Below, piece by piece: positions 53,089 through 64,000 of a DNA stretch of 64,000 nucleotides. The stretch's first letter is position 1. Each line of letters begins with the position of its first letter. The notes below the pieces were generated by a model. The model did not search any database, was not told where the DNA came from, and saw only the letters and a program-made list of their open reading frames with translations. The stretch comes from Styela clava. Its lineage: Eukaryota. The position numbers were made by a program, and so were the translations under genes. Where the stretch lies: NCBI RefSeq assembly GCF_964204865.1, contig NC_135252.1:14818001-14882000 (forward strand), read 5' to 3'.

Positions 53089-55764
53089 TCAGGGACTAAG
53101 CTCAACTGGAATTGCACAATGACAACCAACCGCAATATCCTCGTCGGAAGCGTAGCACGTACTATCGGTGCATTGACGAAATGATGAATGAGTAGAATTC
53201 ATGCGAAGAAATCTGACTTTAACTTTAATTTCTTTTGAAACAAAAGCTTTATTTTCTTTTCCTGAGCGTTGGTCTATACACCCCTTGCACATACATCTTG
53301 CGACAGGAATCCACTGGGGATACCTAAATGGTTGGAACAAAAGTAGGGATTAGAATTAAACAATGAAATAGAACGAAGATGGTGTTTTAGGATACGATAT
53401 ACACTATTAATTGCGTAATATCATCTCACACATTTTCCAAATGGCATAAAATACACATTAATTACCGCATCTCACGTTTTACAAAGATTGCGTTAGTGAT
53501 GCAACTTTTACTCTTTAGAAATTGACCTTCTGACCGAAAAACGATATAAATGACGTCACAATGCCCTTATGTATAAATATATTATGACGTGTAGCATTTA
53601 TATAGAAATATATTCATTGTATATATAAACCAATTATGCAATATGCAAATGGGACACTCTAACACACCAAAATTGCAAATTTATATTGAATTGACTATTC
53701 ATTACTTGAACTTGATGAGTGATTTATAATTTTATTCATGTAAGTAATGAGAAAAGGCCAAATCAATTTTTGAAATAATCGACGGATCTGATTCCATAAT
53801 TTACGTGCAGAAGCTAATGATCAACGCAAAACGAAACCTGATATTTGCTAGTTCAGAAGTCTTATTACATTGAGCCAAGATGTTTGATTAAACGACCCTT
53901 GTATACGAAACTAATATGTTAGGCAAGTTGAATCCATGATTTCGGTGTATTCTCATGCCAAATTTAAATGAAATGATGTAGATTTTACGTTAAAATTTCG
54001 GGATATTTAGTCATGGTAATGCTATAGAATATATGTATTGTTAATTCGAAATGGGAAAGAGTATTAATGAACAAAACGAAGGAAATACAATATCGTTTAA
54101 TGAATTCGTATATAAATGTAATTGTGAAAGGTTAAAAATGCATAATCCGGATGTTGTACATTTGTATATTTTAGTTCGTAAGTGCGCTATTGATTGACCG
54201 TATTAGTTGAACATGTTTCATCCGTGGCCTACGCTTTGTTTAATTTTTGTGTACTCATTCGATAAACTTAGAAAAATCATCATTTTATGATGCTTCGGAA
54301 TTCGACACGTTTGTTTGCATAAAATGTCAACAATTACTTTGATATTTTAATTTTTGTTCCGATATGCAAATTAAAAATTTGAAATTAGAAATTATATTTC
54401 GTGCATATAATAAAAATGAATTAAATTCAAAAGAATATGAAAGCGAGGAATATTTTCGATTATATTATTGGAATTATTTTAGTCTAAACATATCACGTTT
54501 TTCTTTATTAATTTCGATATACGTTGTTTTTTTCTGTGGATTTTAATATTTACGAAATACTTATGGGCGTTTCTGGAGACAGCGAGGCCGTAATACACCA
54601 TGCCAACTTCCAAAAGTTTACTTCTTGGAACAAATCTGACGTAAAGTTATAATTTTTCGGGGCAATACATTACGTACATTCATCCAATTATCTAGTTTAA
54701 GGCTTCCGATATCGCTTACAATGAGCAGATTCAACGACAAAATTGTTGATAAAATGGCTTCGAAGACAGACATTTTATTGTTAAAGTATCGTAAATAAAA
54801 TCAGGGATTTTATCAAAATGCTGATTGTTAAAAAAACGTTGTTTAGCTGCGATAGCGTTTTACGGCATATGACGTGATTTTTTTTATTCAAAAAGTATTT
54901 TACCGTTTTCCAATCTCAACTTTGGAGGTGTGGCCCCATATTACCGACACCCATTTTTGTAGGACCATGACTATGCATTGTAAAATTGTTTGATGATCGG
55001 TAATGCTAATCTTAATAGAGATTTAAACTGCCTGTGACATAACCATTGACATTTGTCGTAAATATGCTGCGTACGAGGTACGTGCATATCTTAAAGAGTA
55101 ATCACATGTCCCTCCTTGCATTGAAATACAAACTAGTGTCTATAAATAAACGTACTTTCCTAAAAACAGAGTTAGGTACCATGGTAAAGATTCAATACAA
55201 CATTGATATGGTATCACATTGTTGTAAAAATAAAACTGACTTCTAAAAATAATATTAAACGTGTATTTACCTTTGTACGTCAAAATCTGGCATCATTTTC
55301 CAAGGGGATAAACTTCTATCGTGAGGTTGTACGTACGGGGTTTGATGTGAATAATCCGGACATTTTAACCCTTGTTGTCCTTCCAGAGGTATATCGCTCT
55401 TTGTTATCTGAGTCGTCCACGGCAGTTGTTTGAGATGTCCACGAACTTTTTCTTTCATTGACACAATAATAGGATTTTCAGCAATTCTCTCACACAATTG
55501 TCTTAATCTTGGCGTTGGAAAGTATTCACACTGTCTCAATAAACCTTCGTGATTTTTGACATCTGGTCGTGATCTCAACAAACTTTCCCTGGTAGTATAT
55601 TCTGGCATCGTAATAGTTGATTGAGTGTTCTGTATTTGAAAGTGTGATTCTGGGTAGAGAATACTTTTGGCAGAAACTGAATTTTTCAGTATGTGCACTA
55701 ACATCCACAATATACCCAATCTCAATACTCTAATCACGTTCATGACACTTCGCGTTCTAGACAT
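53089..55764 (-). CDS. IL17: IL-17-like cytokine 8; exons 55271-55764, 53089-53323 (242 aa; alternative ATG at 55743)
   Basis: Hydrophobic signal VLRLGILWMLVHILKNSVSA; DRSLSPWKMMPDFDVQR|YPQWIPVARCMCKGC...VGCHC; 1.95-kb phase-2 intron. Confidence 0.93.
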
Positions 55765-58700
55765 CCTGAGGGCAACGAGGTGAAATAAATGATTTACACA
55801 GATGTTCGTATAGTGTTGCCACTTTTTCTCTTTCGCTGCGCCGTGAAGAAACGCAAATAGTTAAAATTTCGTGGACTGGTAACGTTTTGTAGCTTTCGGC
55901 GCGAGAAAAAGGCGGAAAAAAGAGAAACTGAAAGAACTAAAATTGACCTCAAATAAATTAATGTCGTGAATCTACAGGAAATATTGGCGTGTCTTCGATA
56001 CCATCACAATCACTCATATAAAATTTTATTATGAAAATATTTTCGGTATTTATCGTGAGCCAATTATGTTTAAATCATACATGTTGTCATAATGAAACTA
56101 TACCCTCAGTAGTTTATATGTTGAAACTATTTTCTATGAGTTTGATATATAAACCTTTGAATCTTTTGGGCAATAAATATTTCAATATGATCGGTAATTC
56201 CCTAACCTCGAAGCGTTATGACATCAAGTTAAATGGTATCTACAACTAGCTATCCTTACAACGCTATTTTAGTCACAATTTACAGTACCAACTAGTTAAG
56301 ATGTTATCGCCTAATCAAGTTTGTTTCGACAATTTCGTTTCTATTTCTGTACTGCATATAATGAAATACTATGTTGGTCGACGACAATCTTAGAAAACCA
56401 TAATTAGGTCGAGAGTTGCTTGTGTTCATATGTATCATTTATTCAGACAGTTTACACATGCTAAAAGTTTATATTTTGTATAATAAGTGATTCTTTTATC
56501 CTCTTGGTGCGACGATAAGCTAACGGCGTGATCAAAATTGCAAGTTCCAACGGGTGACAAAATGGGCAAAAATAGAAATAACGTTTGAAAGAACAGCGTA
56601 TACCATGTTATAACCGTATGGTACGGGAGTAATGACAAATAAATGCATCTCGACAATTGTAGATCGTTTAGCAATCATTTCATGACGTAATGGCCGAATA
56701 AGTCGATATACAGAACCACATATCATAAAAATAGAATCTTTCACCGTGATCTGATTTTGGTGTTTAAACATTACTTCCGATTCAATTACCCTATCTATCA
56801 AATTGCTGCCTCCGTATCTGAACGTAAAATCAACTGATTACGTTAACTTAATTTTCCCCACAAAGACCTACTTTATTAAAGGCAAGTTCGCCGAAAATTG
56901 ACGGCGTCCCTCGCCATTGTCTGGAAAATATTACAAATATTACTCAAACATTTTATTACGCAATCCAATAAAAGGAATGTTCTGCATTTTCGTTCACGAT
57001 AAGATTTTCAATTAAAAAATTGTCGAATAAAATAATAACAACATTGATATGTTTAATTAGAACAACGAAACTTCATGACGAAAATGGTGTAAATTTCTTT
57101 CGAATATCATCACGTAGCGCGAGGCATACCCGAGAGTGCGATTTATTAAAATTTGAAGTTATAAAATTCCATCATTTCAATAGATTAAATATGCTATAAT
57201 TGCGAATTTATTGAATAATATAGGATATTTACCCTGAATAAAATTGCACAATACGAATCTACAATGCCAATTCTTTTACTATAAAAATTGATTACAGGAC
57301 GTTTCGCGACACTTACTCGAAGCGACAATTGAATTTTGAAATGGCTGAAACTATTCATTATTTAATTTGACTCAATATGTGGTATTTAACTAATTAACGA
57401 AGAATACGATTCCCGGAGTATTGGGTCGAACGTCACAACTGCGATAATCAAGGCACGCTTTGCGTCAAGAAATATTCAAATCCGGTAAGAACATGTTATC
57501 TAATCACAACAGCGCATTATTATCAAAATATAAAGAATGGGGAGATAATTTGGTAATTATATTTATATTGTTTTGTATTTCACGACAAAAGAAAAAATCA
57601 TATAGATATACCTTGCATTCAAGAAATTGCGTATTTACAGTTTATAAAAAATGTTGATTTTACCATTACATCAAACTGACTGTACATTCTCTCCATTTAA
57701 TCTAAAAATATGCGGTAGAAATACATGTAATTAAAAAAGCGACAAGCATGAAAATGTTTCGGGAATCCAGTTAAGCTTACTATTCTGACAATTGACCAAG
57801 TCGAATTGTTCGCTGACTCCTGTATATTGAAACACATTTGAAAGTAGATAGTATGGCCTGATTTTCAGTGCAATGGTCCAGCAGCAACAACTTGGGAGGT
57901 CTCGGAATCGATCCGCATGCGCGTATGTCGTCGATTAATCCAAAATACTAGAAAGCATAATATACCTATGAACATAGCGACTTGCATGTATACTTGAAAA
58001 TGTACATTAAGGGATATTTTGACATAAGATGCATGTCAAAAAGACGTAGCAGTAAACTATAAAATACCATCGGGAATATGTAACACAACAGGTTCAATCA
58101 GAAATATTTTCTGTGTACACCGAAAAGTACATATATATATATATATAAATATATACAATGTATACTCATTTCTATGAGTTTTTGAAGATTACTGGGTGAA
58201 AAGAAATATTATATATGGCTGGATAATAATCAAGTTGATGTCAACGTACATTGCTCAGATTTGCGTTCCGTAGTCAGAGTGCGTAACAAAATTTATCAAA
58301 CGGAAAATTGTCCTTCACGTGGACGAGGTATGTCACATTTTCTTACATTATAAACATCAATAGGAAGATCATAGCCTTTTATTTGGCCGATTTGGCCAAT
58401 TCGTGTCAGGTATTACTACAAAGTTGTATTCTCCTTTCAAAAAGTCTGAATTAAACTTTATTATATATACTGTAAAGTGAAGATTACATTTTACTGGTGG
58501 CAGTGACACTTCAAAAAATAGGCAGTTACAAACGAAAATTATAGTTGGTTAGCGCTTTGAAGCATTAAGCACCTGTTGGGTTCAAAAATAGTTAAGAAAT
58601 CGATCTCGCACGTGTTACCTACTGGTATGTCACAAAGGTTAGGACAGAGCTGTCACATGGAAATACAAAAACGAAATTGTTCACTGTCAACGATGCAAAA

Positions 58701-61700
58701 ATACAATGTTTGTCGTCTATCATCAAAAAAAAAAAAGAATGCATAGATAATCGACAAGTTTTTTTAAAAATCTTGATGTTCTGACGAAGAACATCATCTA
58801 AATCATTAATAATTATAAACATTAATTTTTTCATGAAAATAAACATTCGTTGTATCATATTATTTTACATAAAAGTAATAATCAAGCTCTACAAGAAATT
58901 CAGAACCACCATTTTGTTTCCAGATATTTCGCCCCCTTCTTGACGTACTTGTGTAAGTACATAATTGGCTGTACTACATAGAATTTACATGTATCGAATA
59001 AGAGATATAATCATACTAAATGAGCAAAATGGAGGAAATACCAAGCGAAATTTATGCTCTGCACGAAATCTCGATTTAAAAATATTTTGATTAGAAATTT
59101 TTCTCTGTAGAAGTCATCAAAAAACCTCATCTGAAAGTTCTAATACCAACTTTTAATGAGGCTACAACTCGCTATATTAAAGCTGTAAGATAATCCGGAT
59201 TAGGATTCCGATGGGATTGCAGGTATTAAAGAGAAGTATATTTGTATTTTATTGAACTGTTGTGCTTGTATATATGAATAGTTTTTATCCCACAAGTTGC
59301 ATTATCAGAATATATAAGACCGCTGAATATGCTCAAACCCTAGACATTTTAATTCAATCTAATTCAAAGTCAGAAGAAAAACCACAAAAATGTCCGGAAT
59401 ATCCAAAATTTTCCGAATTGCAATTACCTAACTTCAATACACTTTAATTTCACACAAAAGCAATCGACTATTGATGTAGTTTGTGATACTTAGTGTGAAG
59501 CACTTCCTAAGTTAATCTGTTTGTAATTTGAATATTTCACTTTTGCGTTAACTAACTCATTTACCTTATTAGAGAAGCGACTAATTGAGCTAAACGTTGT
59601 CGAGAGCGTCACTTGTTCATTCATTTTTCAAAGAACCGAGACAAACCGACACTATTGCCTATATATATTGAAAGCAATTGTATTAAATTGATACCAACTC
59701 GATCACAATTTTTTACCGTGAAAGTCATCCCTAATGTTACAACCGACGTTTTTTTTTCGATTTTCGGATTAAATTTTTCAGATGCGTAATTGAAATAACA
59801 ATATTCTGTATAGGTATTTATAATACATGAGCGCTATATTCGTCAAATATTCCAATCTATCAAACACTTCAATATGCATACGGCACTACTTCGTTATGTT
59901 AGTTCGGCATTGTTTTCGAGCCGTCCAGGCCAACAACGACTACAAGCGGGTGCGCACAACTCCATAAATTGCTACCAAATAGTTCGATTACCAGGTCGGC
60001 TAGGGCAGCTGACATTCTCACTCACAGAAAGCCGGCCGTATATGTACGTACATATGTCTTAATACCAGATAACGTGAACTGTTTGTAGTGGTGGTAGAGT
60101 GCCCGATTGTGTTCTTAGTTTTGTTGAAAAATTCACTTAGTTCCAACTCAGGTCAAAATGATTTTCAAAGTTCATGCACTGCGAAGATTTCCTAATCTAT
60201 TCGCAGAAATAAATCCGCAATGATCAAGCAGTCCAATGAGAATTCATTTGGTATAAGTGCAAATTCCTATGCATGTGGAATTCTCGAACTCAACACATTA
60301 ACTAAATCAAATATATATATCACGCTATTGGCATTCAATTCGTAAATAGTGTGAATCCAATTCTATTTCTCCGCAAGTGTGTTAAATTGTTATTAGGCCT
60401 GTAAGTTTAACCGATCGACCATACTGTGAAGTTTCATATCAGACTCGCTGTCTTTCCGTGTTGACTTTAAAATCTTTGCTGCAAAACTCACATAGGTATG
60501 AAATATATTTTTCTGGAGAGCGAGCGAAACCTCTATGAGAGTTTGGATCACAAAATATTTTACGATCTCGTTCCTCGACATAAAATCACCAAAAATGACT
60601 ATGATAGAATTCCAGACATGCTTGTTCACTTCAACAAATTGGTTCTTGGCTTGTTTCTCTCACGTCAGTGATATCTACGGGAAGTTACAGAAACCTCAGA
60701 ATATTTTTATTTTCTTTAAAGTTCGTTTGAAAACTGAAATGTGTAGGGTATGGTGGTTAAAACTATTTAAATGCTTGCGTGAGTCAAAGAAGGCAATACA
60801 GCATGTGAGCTGTAGCTGTTTTTATCCCAATTTCCTGCATTTGATCCCGCTTGCTTTACAATATACTGGCTTAATGATGCTCACACATTCAATGCCTTCA
60901 ATATTAAACTAATCACTTATCCCCTATCAGCCATGGATTTGATAATTGAATTGATAATTCTTTCAGTAAAAATAGTTGTTCAAGGGTGATGCAACTCTTG
61001 CTACCTGTATCTAAAGTATAAAATGATTTTCAACGGGGAACTATTTGTGATACTATGATACTTGCTTCTCTCTAACTACTGAATTTATTGTGTGGTATAG
61101 TAATACAAGTGCTCCGAAAGCATGTGGTGTAACAATTTTTGCTTATGTCCTTCCTGACTCCCACCTGACTATGTCATCCAAAAAATACATCACTCTTGTT
61201 TTTCTTTTAATCGTGTTCACTATACTATATCGAATACTTTATGTAATTTGAGCAATCACAATAAACCTAAACATGTTTTCATGTGAGCTTCTATTAATAC
61301 AAGTCGGTTGACTAATATTAAAAAAATATTCCGGGACATATTTTTTATTTCTGGATTGTCATCGTCACTTCACGTAGCTTATCAAAAAATATTCAATAGC
61401 CTACTTATTAAATGCATACGAACGAAGCTTTATGAATGACAGTATAGATAGATAAATAGTTTATTTGAATACTCCATAATATACACGAATATAAAATGAA
61501 GAATTCTGGAGGGCAAGCAAAACCTTTAAAAAAGTTTAAAACATTAGAGATATCATGTGCCCACCCACCAGCACACAGGTAATTGCTGTGGAGCTCGTGC
61601 TCAGCGAAAGTTGTTAGGGGTCCGGGGAGACCATGTTACCGGTACTGTATAATATTTGATAATACAGCTGTGTCTCGGATCATTCGGTATTTCAATTCAC

Positions 61701-62724
61701 GTTGAGACTTGGACATGAATCATCATCGTCACAGGACATGGAAAAGCTATAGTGCAGTACCGGTACAGATACTGGTAAGTTGCCGTGCCGTTCCACAGTT
61801 TAGGCTTAATTCATGATATGATTTTGGAGGGAGGGGTTTTTCGTATAAAGCGGTACCCAGAATGCAATGTATTCATATACTTTGAAAACCGAATGAGACC
61901 GTCACGTTCTTCCAAATCTCATGGATTGCGACAGTTACAGGTGCAACTCAAGAGCTTTACCTGCTCCGCCTACCATTTCATACAATCTGATCTTTTGAGC
62001 AAGCAAATACTCATTTTTTTGTTAATAGTTGAATGAATATTGTTATCTTATGCATTTTGCCCCTCAAATTAGTTAGTTACGTAATCAGTACGTCATTGCC
62101 GCTCATCGAACTTGATCACCCGACGCAATATTGCATATTTCACTATGAGTTTGATTATACAATAAACACAAATAAATGATCTAAAAAAAATGGGCTGAGG
62201 AGGATTTGTGAACGAGTAATATTGCTAATATATTTTACAATAAAACGTGATTTTGAAACATAACTAACATACAATCAAAAAAATATATATACATAGTTAC
62301 AGGATAAAATTAATTTCGCACTACTTGACAAAATTCATTTTATTATCTAACATCATTAATATGATGTAATATTTAAAATGTTTGTCAATACGCAAATCCT
62401 AATTTTTGAAAAGTTATAAACGTTCAAAATAATCAATTTTTCGAATTCATTTTTTGTTCTGTCGATAAGGAGGCGCGAACCTCCAGTATGTAAGAATAAC
62501 TTTACTCTAAGACGCCAGGGTTCCAATAATTACACCGAATATTTCAATCCAGTATTCCAACATCGCCACTTAAACTACACTTTTAAGATGATGGTTCTGA
62601 CATTATAATATCTTTGAGGGCGTAAAGAGGAACGTAATCTGGTACCGTACTTTATTGAAAAACAAAAATAGGCCTTGAATAATGCAATAAATAAAATGTA
62701 ATAAAATCTTTCAGTCATCTAATG

Positions 62725-63095
62725 CAGGCGTATCCAACCTTTTTTGTGTCGCGGGCCACTTTCACATGTGGAAACTCATTGCGGGTCGCAAACTTAAATA
62801 TATATATCAGTTCTGATTTACGTTAGAATTTGCGCGTCGCTTCACAAAGGCTTGGATTGCACAAGGCTATTGCGAATATTTGAACACAATATGCACGCGA
62901 TTTTACGCAGTGACTAAATGTGAGAAATTTTATTTAGCGCAAAAAATCCAGTAGAGAAGATATTGTAGAGTACATTTTTTTTATTTTCACGGTGGCGATA
63001 AGTATGATCAAAGCCTACACTAGGGGTGGCCAAGCTGCATTCGACCGCGATCAACTAAAATCTTTGAAATGGCTCGCGATCGACTGGTCGGTATT
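62725..63095. mobile_element. hAT/Charlie-like element ends (62725 and ~63020); partner ends not found in the window
   Basis: CAGGCGTATCCAAC...TGTCGCGGGCCACTTT...GCGGGTCGCAAA resembles the left end of the element at 44543. TAGGGGTGGCCAA...CGCGATC repeats at ~63020 resemble a second hAT-like terminus. Confidence 0.55.
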
Positions 63096-64000
63096 GAAGT
63101 CACACATGCAGATAACTGCACACACGCATACATAAAATTTCACCACTGCCAAGAAGCTTGGTTCTGAGGGCGCACTCTTGATGGAATCGTCACAAAAAAA
63201 TTGTAATTTTTACGTTCCATTTAATTTGATTATGTAATTGTACTCGGAGTAAATGTTTCATCATTTATTTGAGATTTATTCAAATCATATAGAATTCAGA
63301 TATGAGGCCCGCCTAATTTTTAGTCGTAAGTGTTGAAAATTCTTCAAAAAACTTTGCCAAGTACACATGTATTATCACACTACGGTTGGAGCGAGACAAT
63401 AACTTCCGCGTACCTCCTTTACCGACGAACGTGTACGCAGTTCCGCATTACTCGGAAGTTATTAAAGGGTCGTCCGTCGGTCAAGGGCAAAGCACCCTTT
63501 GCATTTGTTACGTGTAATATGCTCTATCTCACCGGTTTGCACAGACTCAAATAATTTATGTGTGTATCGTATTTTGCGCATGTACAGTACTGTATTCTTC
63601 CTATAGCAATAAACTTTACAGGCGCTGCATGAAACTAGTTCAAGGCAATTTTGCGGGGTATTATATATTAAATTCACTCAATGACTCCGTTTTACGCAGA
63701 TAAGCCACTAATTACGTAAAATAGTTGACTGTGAATATAATCAAATAATCACCAGCAATTCATAAAACAATGAGGGCGGGATGGAAATGCATTCCCGGGA
63801 GTTGTCGACCAAAATCCAGGATAAAAGGTCGGGGAAACATCAATCAAATTTCAATTGACATCGGCGAAGACCTCAATGAAATGGCGGAATTTTGCTAAGT
63901 GTAGTTTTTTGCAGGTGCCAGAATTTAAAACTGTAGTAGTGGGGTTCAACATTGCTAATGGCTAAATGCGGATATCAGGATACCGGTACGTTAGCCACTA

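Noticed and set aside
60535-60912. 125-aa ORF as a ninth cytokine gene
   Set aside because: No signal peptide, C-x11-C, SPW or CxCxGC motif; composition is typical of a random AT-rich ORF.

Overview
AT-rich, intron-containing animal genomic DNA with one 140-N assembly gap at 7758-7897. An invertebrate origin, plausibly a tunicate or other invertebrate deuterostome, is inferred only. The left third holds a 13-exon minus-strand EAG/KCNH-family voltage-gated channel gene (2498-19491, ~832 aa, spliced by hand). It is unusual in three ways: a divergent selectivity filter (AVISQGFGN instead of xLTSVGFGN), a ~100-aa Thr-rich extracellular turret insertion, and no detectable PAS domain. Its intron 9 is almost filled by a 5.6-kb hAT-type element with a perfect 8-bp TSD; that element carries a ~1-kb foldback palindrome and tandem repeats. 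From 23.1 to 55.8 kb lies a cluster of eight intact, divergent IL-17-like cytokine genes (orientation -,+,+,+,+,+,-,-). All share a phase-2 intron just after the SPW motif, an extra conserved N-terminal C-x11-C helical module and an extra Cys pair inside the cystine-knot exon. Their N-terminal extensions are highly variable (mucin-like, acidic-repeat, basic). Several hAT/Charlie-like non-autonomous elements and a DINE-1/Helentron-like dispersed repeat sit between the genes.
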